Positions 1 through 8,941 of a stretch of 34,241 nt of DNA are shown here, piece after piece (positions within the stretch are counted from its first letter, which is position 1; the number at the start of each line of letters is the position of its first letter). A program made the position numbers and the translations under genes. The notes under the pieces were generated by a model. That model was not told where the DNA came from and did not search any database. It saw only the letters and a program-made list of their open reading frames with translations. Source of the stretch: a virus (lineage: Duplodnaviria; Caudoviricetes). The DNA lies in the IMG/VR virus record IMGVR_UViG_3300037785_000004, positions 1-34,241 of that record; one strand, 5' to 3'.

Positions 1-439
1 TGAGGCGACGACAATCTGGATCCGTCTTGATACGCTGGATCAATTTGCGGATCTGGTCGACCCCGTCAAAGTGTCTCCACTGAGACCCGTAGATCGGACC
101 CAGCTCCTTGTACATTGGGCTGTTTTCATACCCAAGATCCACAGCTTGGTTGTCGGCGTTGTCGGTCCAGATAGTTCGCTTGAGAACGAGGTCTTCTCGG
201 GGTTTGCCAAAGGTAAGCTCAGCGAGGCGACGTTCGTCGGTCGATCCCTCCAAGAACCACAGAAGTTCGCCAACGACTGCTTTCCACGCCAATCGCTTCG
301 TCGTGATAGCCGGGAAGCCATCGTTAAGATTGAACCGATTCTGGTACCCAAAAACGCAGAGAGTATCGATGCCTGTTCGATTGGAAGTTCGGATGCCGTT
401 CTCCATAACGTGCTTAACGGCGTCATGATATTGCTTCAT
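1..439 (-). CDS. thyA: Thymidylate synthase (5' part; runs off window start; absent from ORF track)
   Basis: Manual translation from ATG at 439 (TAATG overlap with DHFR stop): MKQYHDAVKHVMENGIRTSNRTGIDT...FPAITTKRLAWKAVVGELLWFL...GPIYGSQWRHFDGVDQI, canonical ThyA N-terminal motifs; adjacent to DHFR. Confidence 0.93.
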   Translation of the reverse strand, partial: MKQYHDAVKHVMENGIRTSNRTGIDTLCVFGYQNRFNLNDGFPAITTKRLAWKAVVGELLWFLEGSTDERRLAELTFGKPREDLVLKRTIWTDNADNQAVDLGYENSPMYKELGPIYGSQWRHFDGVDQIRKLIQRIKTDPDCRRL

Positions 440-930
440 TACATATCCTTTGATAGAATTGCGGTTGAAATAGTGGCGTAGTCCGCTACTTCAAGAATGT
501 TGCTGAATTGGTGCACCAAGCTGGTGAACTCCTCATCGACCGATACGTCCGCGGGGTATGTTCCGTTGATGACGGAGATATAGACGTTCCGGCAGAGGGG
601 AAGCGCTTGCTTATATACGTTCATCCCACCGATGACGAAAATCTCTCTCCCAGGAAAAGTCTGCATCGTGACTTCAAGCACTTGGTCTATGGGACCGTCT
701 AAGACTAGGTCTGGACCCTCTAGAGTCAGATCCGACGTCACCACGACGTTCTTTCTTCCAGGAAGGGGCTTGCTGCCAATCGACTCCCAAGTCTTGCGAC
801 CCATCAGAACAATAGACCCCATGGTGTGCATACGAAACCATGCCATGTCTTCCTTGTTGTGCGGCCAAGGTAGTGCGCCGTTGTTTCCCATGCCACCGCT
901 AGAGTCGGTAGCGAATATCGCGTTGATCAT
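439..930 (-). CDS. frd: Dihydrofolate reductase
   Basis: MINAIFATD...GMGNNGALPW, MGRKTWESIG.KPLPGRKNVVV, IFVIGG motifs; start placed at ATG 930 (TAATG overlap with primase stop). Confidence 0.95.
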   Translation of the reverse strand: MINAIFATDSSGGMGNNGALPWPHNKEDMAWFRMHTMGSIVLMGRKTWESIGSKPLPGRKNVVVTSDLTLEGPDLVLDGPIDQVLEVTMQTFPGREIFVIGGMNVYKQALPLCRNVYISVINGTYPADVSVDEEFTSLVHQFSNILEVADYATISTAILSKDM

Positions 931-1958
931 TAGACCCTCTTCCACATTGTGATAGCCAGTTTCGCTTCTAGCCCTGAGTACGTGCTGTCGTTGATGGCTT
1001 TGTATATATCGACCGGAGCGTTGCCCCTCAGAACCAAGTCGTTGATGTCCTTGCCGATCTTCGCCCATTCATTTGGCCATACGACGATTCTATACCCCTT
1101 CTCGGCTACTGTCAACATCCTTTTCACGATCTCGGCGTTTCTCGGTTCGTTGTCGAAGATCCAGACGCTGTTCTCTAGGTTCTCCAAGTGCTTCTCGGAT
1201 CCGTCAGCCCCAGCCATAGCAATGCAGTTCGGCAAGAAGAAGCTGTCGAACTGGCCTTCCACGATGAAGTATTTCTTCTTGAAGTTGACTCGGTCCAGAC
1301 CGAAGATTTTCGGAGCATCTTCGTCTAGCTTGATCGTCACATACCTTAGCGTAGCCTTAGGGTCTAGAGACCGCCCAGCAAACCCGATGAGCTTTCCGTA
1401 AGCATCAAGGAACGGAATGACGATTCGCGGCTCCTTCTGCGCTCCCATCTTGTTCGGAATGATAGAGTTGACCCACGCGTTGAAGTCCGGAGCGTAGTAC
1501 AATAGATAGTGAAAGCGAGTCGGGATCTTGCGAGACCTGACGTACTTCTTCGCTGGATGATCTACAGCAAGGGTAGACACCTTCTTCAAGTTAACCAGCG
1601 GAGATTCGAAGTTCAGGAACTGAGGCCGCTTGGTGATCAGCTTGTCTAGAGGCTTCGTCTCAGCCAACTTCTTGGGCGCTCTCTCCATACGAAGATCGAC
1701 TATATATTCGTTGAACAGGTAGCTGTCGTACGCCTTGAGAAACTTGAAGAGGTTGGTAGACAAGCCACAGTTGTGGCAGTGATAAATACAGACGTCTCCC
1801 TTGTCTAGCAACCAACCTCTCGTCTTGCTAGCGGACTTCTTGCTGTCTCCACAGATCGGACACCTAAAGTTGGCCTTATATGGAGTTCGACTCTTGACCG
1901 CGAAACGGTCAAGTCTTGTGGCCAAGATGCCACAGTACTTCAAGTCTACATGGTTCAT
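930..1958 (-). CDS. 61: DNA primase (T4 gp61-like)
   Basis: Zn finger NFRCPICGDS...YHCHNCG; TOPRIM VEGQFDSFF and FDNEPRN...KDINDL; ATG at 1958. Confidence 0.95.
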   Translation of the reverse strand: MNHVDLKYCGILATRLDRFAVKSRTPYKANFRCPICGDSKKSASKTRGWLLDKGDVCIYHCHNCGLSTNLFKFLKAYDSYLFNEYIVDLRMERAPKKLAETKPLDKLITKRPQFLNFESPLVNLKKVSTLAVDHPAKKYVRSRKIPTRFHYLLYYAPDFNAWVNSIIPNKMGAQKEPRIVIPFLDAYGKLIGFAGRSLDPKATLRYVTIKLDEDAPKIFGLDRVNFKKKYFIVEGQFDSFFLPNCIAMAGADGSEKHLENLENSVWIFDNEPRNAEIVKRMLTVAEKGYRIVVWPNEWAKIGKDINDLVLRGNAPVDIYKAINDSTYSGLEAKLAITMWKRV

Positions 1959-2016
1959 AGAGTTCCCCACCCAATGTGTACTAATAAGCTTCTAAGACTT
2001 TCAAAGCTGTACAGCC

Positions 2017-2045
2017 ATTATACACAGGATGGGTGGGGTTGTAAA
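2017..2045 (-). promoter_or_regulatory. Sigma70-type early promoter for primase-frd-thyA
   Basis: Minus strand TTTACA-N17-TATAAT with extended TG and an upstream A-tract, in the intergenic gap. Confidence 0.8.
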
Positions 2046-2054
2046 GAGTTTTTT

Positions 2055-2345
2055 TTACACGCCGAAGATAATTTTTGCAGCGACACCGAGCACGATGGGG
2101 ATGATGACCCAGGTGAGCTTAACGATATTGCCGACGACTCTTTCGTTGTCCGCGACTCGCTCAGCCATCTTGTCCAGCTTCTCGGACTGACGATCCAAGC
2201 GAGCGTTGGCCGCGATTCGAGCTTCTTCGAGGGTGAGGATCTTCTCTTCGGTTCTAGCTAGCGCGATCATAGCATCGGCCAGCTTGTCGATCTTAGATTC
2301 CAGCCTGTCGAGCCGGTCGTGGAGTTGTTCTTCTATGTTAGCCAT
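2055..2345 (-). CDS. Holin-like / XhlA-like membrane protein (coiled coil plus C-terminal TM)
   Basis: Heptad-rich N-terminus; hydrophobic C-terminus LTWVIIPIVLGVAAKIIFGV; follows the spanin pair. Confidence 0.55.
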   Translation of the reverse strand: MANIEEQLHDRLDRLESKIDKLADAMIALARTEEKILTLEEARIAANARLDRQSEKLDKMAERVADNERVVGNIVKLTWVIIPIVLGVAAKIIFGV

Positions 2346-2369
2346 TACAGCCTCTTATCTATCTCTTGG

Positions 2370-2735
2370 TTACCGGTTGTAATACCTATCGTAAGAAGCA
2401 ATCACTTCATTCTGTTGCTCTATATATGCTCTCAGGTCGGTTATGTTCAGAGATAGATTCTCGTACCCCTTAGCCGTCAGGGAAATCAAGACTTGCTCGT
2501 TTCCGTTAGCTATCAGATCCGCCATTACGGCATCTACGTTTTCTGGAGTGATTACGACCCACTTGACCTCGCGGGTGCGAAGCGCGTCTGGTCGTTGCAC
2601 TGTGAGCGCGGGTCTCTCTACTGGAGCCGCAGCTACCGTTATGGTTTTAGTAGCTCCACCACAACCACTAACGAACGCTAGGGTCAGAGAAAAGCCAAGG
2701 GCACTCGCTATTGAACTCGCGCGCATTTCTCGCAT
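2370..2735 (-). CDS. Outer-membrane spanin lipoprotein (Rz1-like)
   Basis: Signal peptide with lipobox LAFVSG-C; Pro-rich linker; overlaps the 3' end of the i-spanin; exact start uncertain. Confidence 0.8.
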   Translation of the reverse strand: MREMRASSIASALGFSLTLAFVSGCGGATKTITVAAAPVERPALTVQRPDALRTREVKWVVITPENVDAVMADLIANGNEQVLISLTAKGYENLSLNITDLRAYIEQQNEVIASYDRYYNR

Positions 2736-3129
2736 TCCTTTCTTGTTCCGTCAGTGGTGACCCTGTCAGGATCTCAAAACAGCGGTTGACATTCCCACTG
2801 GCATCGTTTATTCTGTTCTGTATAAGCCCCGGCCTGCTGCGAGCCAGAAACTCAAATTCATGTTCGGCTAGCTTGGCTTCGAGCAAGCTAGTGCGCGCTC
2901 TAGATTCGGCGAACCGTTCGTTGACGGTCTCGATTTCCTGTGATGCGGCTTCGTAGTCGTTCTGTAGGGACTCGATGGCCTTCTTCTGGGTATCTACGGC
3001 AAAGCTGTAGGCTGCGTTCTCGGATCTTAGCTCGGCTATGGTGTCCGACGTAGTCTTGTAGTAGAAGTATGCACCGGCACCCAAAGTCGCGATGACTCCA
3101 AACCCTATCGCATAGAGATACATCTTCAT
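2668..3129 (-). CDS. Inner-membrane spanin (Rz-like)
   Basis: N-terminal TM helix, long coiled coil, C-terminal Cys residues; overlaps a lipoprotein gene. Confidence 0.8.
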   Translation of the reverse strand: MKMYLYAIGFGVIATLGAGAYFYYKTTSDTIAELRSENAAYSFAVDTQKKAIESLQNDYEAASQEIETVNERFAESRARTSLLEAKLAEHEFEFLARSRPGLIQNRINDASGNVNRCFEILTGSPLTEQERNARNAREFNSECPWLFSDPSVR

Positions 3130-3647
3130 TGGAAGTCTTTGAACCTCTTCAATGGTTTCACGTTCCTGCGAACGTACTCTTTCTGCTTCTTCTTAGAGAC
3201 GGGAGGGTCTCCATCAGGACCGATGCCAATGCCGGCTACGTTGCCAGCGCCAGCCGAGTTGACCGGAGCTTCTTCGCTGAACTCTTCGATGTAGGACTGG
3301 ATGAACGCTTCGGCTTCCGACAGGTCGAAGTCGTCTTCGTCTTCGAAGCCCTCTTTCAGGAGGTCTCCAGACTGTTCTCCATGCTCCTTGATGAGCCAGA
3401 GCGCCGCAGCGTAAGAAGCGATTCGAGTCTTACCGCCGGGAACCTTCTCCAAGAGTCTCTTCAACTTTAGGACGAGAACGTCAAACAGACCCCAAGCGCG
3501 GCGCTCGTCTACTTTAGTCAAGTCTTTTCGCTTGCGCAGTATGTTGCCGTCCGCGTCGATTATACCATACTCATAGGCATCCCATTTCTCAAATGGAGTT
3601 GTTAGCCTCTTGATGAATTGGTATACTAGATATAGGTCAACAACCAT
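3126..3647 (-). CDS. Conserved T4-like phage hypothetical protein (probably virion-associated)
   Basis: YQFIKRLTTPFEKWDAYEYGIID..G motif recalled from marine/alphaproteobacterial T4-like phages; EEAPVNSAG.G tail. Confidence 0.65.
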   Translation of the reverse strand: MVVDLYLVYQFIKRLTTPFEKWDAYEYGIIDADGNILRKRKDLTKVDERRAWGLFDVLVLKLKRLLEKVPGGKTRIASYAAALWLIKEHGEQSGDLLKEGFEDEDDFDLSEAEAFIQSYIEEFSEEAPVNSAGAGNVAGIGIGPDGDPPVSKKKQKEYVRRNVKPLKRFKDFQ

Positions 3648-4023
3648 TGATCTGCCTCTTGATTTCGAGTTCGACGTCTTCGTTTGTATGTATAGTATCC
3701 GTCAGGATAGTCTTGCCATTGTAACTCACAGAACCCGGCAAGAAAGACAGCAATTCGATAAACGGTTTTATCTCGGAGTGGTAATCTTCAAGCCGATAGA
3801 AGAGCATATTCGTAGCTTCGGCGCCAAAAGAATTGTACAATATGATTACGTGATTGAGTATCAACCGAACTTTCAGGTCGCCATTAGTCTTATGCCGCCT
3901 AAGCAATCGTCTAATATATTTGAAGCGGTTCAGATCATCCCTGAACTCTTCCATAGATCCGCTATTTCCCAAGTCATAGGCTTTGGCTGCATAGAGCACA
4001 AAGTTATCATCATTTAATTCCAA
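3637..4023 (-). CDS. Conserved T4-like phage hypothetical protein
   Basis: LNDDNFVLYAAKAY...EEFRDDLNRFKYIRRLL...RLILNHVIILYNSFG; TTG start at 4023 after GGAGG. Confidence 0.7.
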   Translation of the reverse strand: MELNDDNFVLYAAKAYDLGNSGSMEEFRDDLNRFKYIRRLLRRHKTNGDLKVRLILNHVIILYNSFGAEATNMLFYRLEDYHSEIKPFIELLSFLPGSVSYNGKTILTDTIHTNEDVELEIKRQINGC

Positions 4024-4037
4024 TGCGACCTCCGTCG

Positions 4038-4063
4038 AAAAGGGCGTGGCTTTCACCACGCCC
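4038..4063 (-). terminator. Intrinsic terminator
   Basis: Minus strand GGGCGTGG-tgaaag-CCACGCCC-TTTT just after the stop of 4071..4364. Confidence 0.7.
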
Positions 4064-4070
4064 AAATCTA

Positions 4071-4364
4071 TTAGCTATCAGCGACGGTAGCGTCTTCGAT
4101 ATCCGTGTTGCCGGAAGTACCCAAGTCGCCAGCTTCTAGAGCGGTTGCCGACATAGCGACTAGAACCTCAGCTTTGTGGCGAGTCTTGCCATTCGCGTCG
4201 GTGTAAGTCGTGTACTTGTTCCAGCCTGGGGTCGATAGACCCTTTGCTTGGTTCGCTGCTACACCAGCTTCGGTGTTATCCACGAAGTAGGTGTCGTCTA
4301 GCTCCGCAGTGGTGAGCCACTTTGGTGCGGAGTTAGCGTCGTCTTTCTTGTCCCATAGTGCCAT
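4071..4364 (-). CDS. Small putative virion protein
   Basis: MALWDKKD...PGWNKYTTYTD..G.TRHKAEVLVAM; AGGAG RBS; late-gene context. Confidence 0.65.
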   Translation of the reverse strand: MALWDKKDDANSAPKWLTTAELDDTYFVDNTEAGVAANQAKGLSTPGWNKYTTYTDANGKTRHKAEVLVAMSATALEAGDLGTSGNTDIEDATVADS

Positions 4365-4386
4365 TTCTGTTCTCCTTGATCTGGGA

Positions 4387-6267
4387 TTACGATACGTACA
4401 TGTTCAATTCGTAGCGACCCTCATCGTAGTAGACTTGCATCTGTAGCTTACGGCGAGTTTCTTTGCCGCCTTTCATCAGGTCGATAGTGTACTTGTTGGT
4501 CTTGCCAGCACTAGGCTTTTTTGGCCCCATAGCGACTTTGCGGTCCCATTCGTCGTCTGGAACCGTGTAGCCCATTTTCTCTACTTGGGCTTTAGCATGT
4601 TGAACCGCAGACGAGAAAGTCTTGTGGTTGATGGTGTAGCCTTCTTCTAGTTCGACTTCTTCTTTGACGTATTTACCACTAACAGTCATTTCCCAACCCA
4701 TATCAGAAAGTGCCTTGTGCATAGCTTTCTGGTGTGCGCTGGCCGTCTGTGGATTCATTTTTTTGACTCTATCTTTTGCCTGAGCGACTACACGATCAGG
4801 AACGCCTACATATGTGTCACCACGAACCGTGTTTGGAGAAAGAGCTTCGTCCAGTTCAAGTCCATCTAAATTGTGAGACTCACTGAGACCCCTAACAGTG
4901 CCATACTTATTTCTGAGGCGCTCGTGGCGGGACGCAGCCTCTTTAGCATGGCCTTCGGCTTTTTTTATGTAGTGCTTAGCGACTGCCATTCGAAGTTCAT
5001 GATGGTCCATTTTGTCAATCTCATCCGCGGCAGCTTTCTCCTTTTCAGGACTTTCGTGGTCTTTAAACGAATTATGTGTATGCGCTAAGGCTCTGAGACC
5101 ACGGGTAGAGTGTTTTGGATCCCAAAAAGTTAGAACCTCCTTAGCCTTATTATAGTAATCGGCTGTTTTTTCGTGATCGTCATGCGATATTTTTGCCGAA
5201 ACATGTTCCGCATCTTTTTTCCAATCTGAGTTTGCCCCAGAATGCTTGCTTACAGTATAGTCGATGTATCTTCGATTCATATCATGTTTAAATTCTTTAC
5301 TAGAAGCATGTTTATGAAGCGCCTCTCGCTCCTTAGCTCGGTCGACCGCTTTCTTCATATGTTCTGGAGAACTGTGCGCATCCCACTCGGCATCTGACAT
5401 GGACTTACCAGTAATCTTCTTATACTTGTCATGTAGAAGACCGCGCTGTTTTTGCTTGGAGACTTCGCGTTCCATAGCTTCGGTAGATCCAAGCCTCAAG
5501 CCAGCTGGCATGGATCTACCGGTAACTTTTTTATACACATAACGGAGCCGAGCGCGCTTTTTGAGGTCTTCCTTACTAGGCAAGAGACCCTCTTCTAGCT
5601 CAGCTTCCTCCTTCAGATTTTTTTTTTCACGATAAGCCTTAGCCCGCGCCGCGCGCTCAGCGTCCGAGTCGACCTTGATGCTTCCCATACGGGTGTCGTT
5701 TTTGTCGCTCTTCTTGACTTCGTCCATCTGCTTACGCTTCATGGCCTTAGAAATCGCTTTACGACGGTTGTGAAGATACTCGTCGGAGTCGTCTTCGTCG
5801 CCATCGTTGTCGATGTCTTTGTCGTCGCGGTCGTCATAGTCTCCGTCTAGTTCGTCTTCGTCCGGCTCGTCCATGCCTTCCTTGACGTCTTTCTCCCAAG
5901 GAGCCTTCTTGAGCGAGACCTTGTCTTTTGGCTGAGCCGTAGCCGAAGCCTTCTGTAGTGCGCGCTTCTGGGCGGCGGTCATCTTGGACAGGTCAGCTTC
6001 TAGAAGCGCCTCTGCCTCGGTCTCTTTGGCTTCCGCGATCTGAGCTTCGAGTTCCATCTTCTGCTTAGACAGACGACCGATGTTACCAACGCCACCCATT
6101 CGGGCTGCATTGATCTGGCGACGTACTTCGGCTAGACGGTGCTCTAGGATTGCGACCTGGTTATCTTCGACCGGCGCAGCTTTAGGAAAGAGACGCCCTG
6201 CGGTAGATCCAATGGAGTCCGCGAACCCCTCTGGCAGAGCTTCTATCTTTTTAGTGTTGCTGTACAT
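4387..6267 (-). CDS. Large charged internal-head/core-like protein with repeated prohead protease sites
   Basis: 626 aa, K/E-rich; repeated L-x-E|A/G sites; DIDNDGDEDDSDEYL Dx[DN]xDG motif; TATAAATA upstream. Confidence 0.6.
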   Translation of the reverse strand: MYSNTKKIEALPEGFADSIGSTAGRLFPKAAPVEDNQVAILEHRLAEVRRQINAARMGGVGNIGRLSKQKMELEAQIAEAKETEAEALLEADLSKMTAAQKRALQKASATAQPKDKVSLKKAPWEKDVKEGMDEPDEDELDGDYDDRDDKDIDNDGDEDDSDEYLHNRRKAISKAMKRKQMDEVKKSDKNDTRMGSIKVDSDAERAARAKAYREKKNLKEEAELEEGLLPSKEDLKKRARLRYVYKKVTGRSMPAGLRLGSTEAMEREVSKQKQRGLLHDKYKKITGKSMSDAEWDAHSSPEHMKKAVDRAKEREALHKHASSKEFKHDMNRRYIDYTVSKHSGANSDWKKDAEHVSAKISHDDHEKTADYYNKAKEVLTFWDPKHSTRGLRALAHTHNSFKDHESPEKEKAAADEIDKMDHHELRMAVAKHYIKKAEGHAKEAASRHERLRNKYGTVRGLSESHNLDGLELDEALSPNTVRGDTYVGVPDRVVAQAKDRVKKMNPQTASAHQKAMHKALSDMGWEMTVSGKYVKEEVELEEGYTINHKTFSSAVQHAKAQVEKMGYTVPDDEWDRKVAMGPKKPSAGKTNKYTIDLMKGGKETRRKLQMQVYYDEGRYELNMYVS

Positions 6268-6553
6268 TTGTTCGTTCCTTTATGAGTAGGATCAAGGGCG
6301 TGGTCCCTCGGATCAGTCGGTGGTATGTCATTTGACCTATAAATAGTTCATCATGTCTATTTATAGCAATGGGCATCTCATTATCGTATTGAAATCCCCA
6401 GCCGTCTCCGAATAGAATAGTGACTTCTCGGTCGTTCCTATCACGGTGCCAGACATACTCTTCGCTGTCAGCCTTGGGGTCGAATATCCTTATCCACTCA
6501 TTCTCCGTTATCGTTAGGTCTTCATAAGGTTTACCAGAAGAAATTTCCACCAT
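6251..6553 (-). CDS. Hypothetical protein, possible cupin-like beta fold
   Basis: EEYVWHRDRNDR...YHRLIRG His pattern; overlaps both neighbours. Confidence 0.55.
   Translation of the reverse strand: MVEISSGKPYEDLTITENEWIRIFDPKADSEEYVWHRDRNDREVTILFGDGWGFQYDNEMPIAINRHDELFIGQMTYHRLIRGTTPLILLIKERTNVQQH
6337..6366. promoter_or_regulatory. Inverted pair of T4 late promoter boxes
   Basis: CTATAAATAG (6337-6346) N10 CTATTTATAG (6357-6366); TATAAATA on both strands. Confidence 0.65.
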
Positions 6554-7073
6554 TCTTTAGTCCCAATTGCGAAGCATACTTGGGCAGATTGCAAGCCCAA
6601 TATCCAGGTTTCGTTCGATCTTTCTTCATGTGGCACTGGTGACGCGCAGCGAAAGACTTTCGCGCCTCAAGGTCGTCAAAGTTTACGTCTAGACCGCTAG
6701 TGTCTCCGAACTCCACTTTGACCACATTTCCCTTGTCGTTTTTGACGTAGACGTAGAACTTCTTGCTGCCGCCTCGTTTTGGCTTGCCGAGTTCCACGTC
6801 TTTCTCTTCCACAAGAGGCATGTCTAGGGGAACTAACTCTTCTTCGTAGACGGCGAAGTCTCCTAGATTCGTTTCTAGTAGCTCGACGTCGAATGGATCG
6901 TGGACTTCCAGAAGACCAGCTTGGTACTGCTTCCTAGCCTCAGCGAAGAACTCAAAGAATCCTATGCTGTAGGGTCGAAAGACGCACTCAGCTAGAGGGA
7001 TGTTGTTCTCGGCGTGGTAAGAGACCGCCTCTCGGACGGTCTCTTCGTTGATGTATTGACGTAGCGTTTTCAT
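6531..7073 (-). CDS. Hypothetical protein with a DUF6321-like C-terminal domain and a CTS-like N-terminus
   Basis: KKFYVYVKN..GNVVKVEFGD...RKSFAARHQC...GYWAC; N-terminus MKTLRQYINE|E. Confidence 0.6.
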   Translation of the reverse strand: MKTLRQYINEETVREAVSYHAENNIPLAECVFRPYSIGFFEFFAEARKQYQAGLLEVHDPFDVELLETNLGDFAVYEEELVPLDMPLVEEKDVELGKPKRGGSKKFYVYVKNDKGNVVKVEFGDTSGLDVNFDDLEARKSFAARHQCHMKKDRTKPGYWACNLPKYASQLGLKNGGNFFW

Positions 7074-7074
7074 G

Positions 7075-7884
7075 TTACCCGAACAACTTTCTGAGAGTAT
7101 TGGGACCTGCTATACCATCAGCAACTAGACCGTTTTTCTGTTGAAACGCTTTGACCGCGCGCTTAGTCTTGGGACCGTAGACACCGTCAGGAGTGAGGCG
7201 AAGCGCTTGCTGTAGGGCTGCTACGCTTTCTCCACGATCTCCAACGGATAGGGTCTCGGTTGGTGCGCTAGTCGAACCTCCTTCCACTCGATACAGTTGG
7301 TTCCAGAGCTTCTCTCGGTCTTTCAGGCCATTCGTACCACCGTTGACCCGCTTCGTCATATTCCTAACGCTCTTGGTGTCCGCTAGTTGATTCAACCCGC
7401 GAGTCTTCCAGAACCAGCAAGACGCTTCTAGAGCGCCCTTGAGTGTCTGCAAATATTCCAGACTCTCGTCTACCGAAATCCCTTTGTAGCGCGCGAAGTC
7501 CTCGTGGTTGTCGCGGCCAGTCAACTGGATGAAGCCGTGTCCGCGGAATCTCCAACCATCCATCGTCTCTGGGCTACCATTACCCATGCGATCCGCGTAG
7601 ACGTAGCTAGCGATCTTCTCGGGCTGGCGCGCGTAGTCTTTAGCTGGCACGTCCTGAAAGTACTTACGGAAGACCTTCTTCAACTGAGACTCCGAGTAGT
7701 TCATGTTCTCCAGGTATGTGCTGAATCCGACCGATTCATGCCCAGCCTGAGACAAGAAACCAGCTTCGCGCTCTAGGGTGTTGATGTCGTACTTGTCGAA
7801 CAACTCTTCCATGAGACCGTAGAGTTCTTTTGAACTCTTGGCCCTTGGAAAGGCTGCCTTGAAATCGTTGTAGCTAATGTGCAT
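7075..7884 (-). CDS. GH19 endolysin with C-terminal peptidoglycan-binding domain
   Basis: FLSQAGHES..F..LEN.NYS, DGWRFRGHGFIQLTGRDN, VNGGTNGL; PG_binding_1 pattern DGVYGPKT..AVKAFQ..NGLVADGIAGPNT. Confidence 0.92.
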   Translation of the reverse strand: MHISYNDFKAAFPRAKSSKELYGLMEELFDKYDINTLEREAGFLSQAGHESVGFSTYLENMNYSESQLKKVFRKYFQDVPAKDYARQPEKIASYVYADRMGNGSPETMDGWRFRGHGFIQLTGRDNHEDFARYKGISVDESLEYLQTLKGALEASCWFWKTRGLNQLADTKSVRNMTKRVNGGTNGLKDREKLWNQLYRVEGGSTSAPTETLSVGDRGESVAALQQALRLTPDGVYGPKTKRAVKAFQQKNGLVADGIAGPNTLRKLFG

Positions 7885-7885
7885 G

Positions 7886-8941
7886 TCAGAACTCCTTGAT
7901 CATCTTTTCTTCGGACGGGGTCTTCATTTTCGTGCCGTCGGCTAGCACTACGTTGGTGAATCGCGCTGGGTACTGGACGAAGGGTTTACCGGTCGTGCTA
8001 TACTTATAGACGATGGAAGTCTCCATCGTGAACTGGCTATCGTCTTTGAACGTAAGGGTCAGGCTGCTTTCAATAGCACCACGAGAAGCTTGGGCTCGGT
8101 TGAGAGTAGACTTAGAAGGCTCTCCCTTCTTTTGCAGAATCAGAGCCAGCTTAGCCGTGTTCTTGGCGATGTACTGTTCGACGATGTTTCGGTGGACATC
8201 TTCGATGTAGCGCTCGACCAGGGCAGACGCGTTGGGTTTAAGCTCGATGGTCTTGTTCTTGCCGAAGCCGCGAACGATGAAGACCATCGAAGCAATCGCC
8301 GTCTCGGGACCAGTGCGAGGCAAATCCTTTGGGTTCGTGATGTCTTTCACGCGCTTGTACGCGCTGGTATACGTCTCGGTTAGGCTCTTCTTGAGTTGGG
8401 CCGTGAACTTTTCGCTGACCTGAGTGGCCAAGTTCGCAGCGATCTTAGAAGCTGCGGAAGAGGCAATCGGCTTGACGAACTGCCCAGGCTTAGGCTCTTT
8501 AGGCGGACGTCCAGACTTCACGTAGGGCTTCATCATCTTCATGGCGTCCGGGAGATCCCGAATCGCGTCGAAGAAGTCCGAGACTTTAGGGTCCTTGAAG
8601 TTCTTCATGGACTTGTAAGCCTTGTCCAGCTTCTTGATATCGGTCCACGCAGACAGAGACCAAAGATCCGACGTGGGTTCCTCGGCTGCAATCACTTGGT
8701 CTTTGACGCCATCGAAAAGATTTTGGTAGGCATACTCTAGACGGCGAATGACGCTGGTCTTAGCTTCGTTGAACCTAGCGTTGTAGACTTCTTGAGCTTT
8801 AGCCGCAGCTTCTAGCTCCGAGAGCGATTCGAGGAACCGCTCCCGTTGCTGCGCGGATTTGATCAGAGAAGCGACCTCTTTAGCCTTAGCGAACTTAGAT
8901 GCAAGGTCCGCGGACTCGGTGAGGTAGTCTGTGAAGTTCAT
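7886..8941 (-). CDS. Hypothetical protein, putative internal (ejected) head protein
   Basis: 351-aa ORF; N-terminus MNFTDYLTE|S resembles the T4 capsid-targeting sequence. Confidence 0.55.
   Translation of the reverse strand: MNFTDYLTESADLASKFAKAKEVASLIKSAQQRERFLESLSELEAAAKAQEVYNARFNEAKTSVIRRLEYAYQNLFDGVKDQVIAAEEPTSDLWSLSAWTDIKKLDKAYKSMKNFKDPKVSDFFDAIRDLPDAMKMMKPYVKSGRPPKEPKPGQFVKPIASSAASKIAANLATQVSEKFTAQLKKSLTETYTSAYKRVKDITNPKDLPRTGPETAIASMVFIVRGFGKNKTIELKPNASALVERYIEDVHRNIVEQYIAKNTAKLALILQKKGEPSKSTLNRAQASRGAIESSLTLTFKDDSQFTMETSIVYKYSTTGKPFVQYPARFTNVVLADGTKMKTPSEEKMIKEF

Noticed and set aside
1-439. TS-fold gene as a possible dCMP/dUMP hydroxymethylase
   Set aside because: The visible part has canonical ThyA motifs and is coupled to DHFR. 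The specificity residue lies outside the window, so there is no support for a modifying variant.
931-1068. N-terminal extensions in the ORF track for DHFR (also uvsX, hsp20, regA and the epimerase)
   Set aside because: They overlap upstream genes or intergenic signals; internal starts with an RBS or stop-start coupling fit the family N-termini better.
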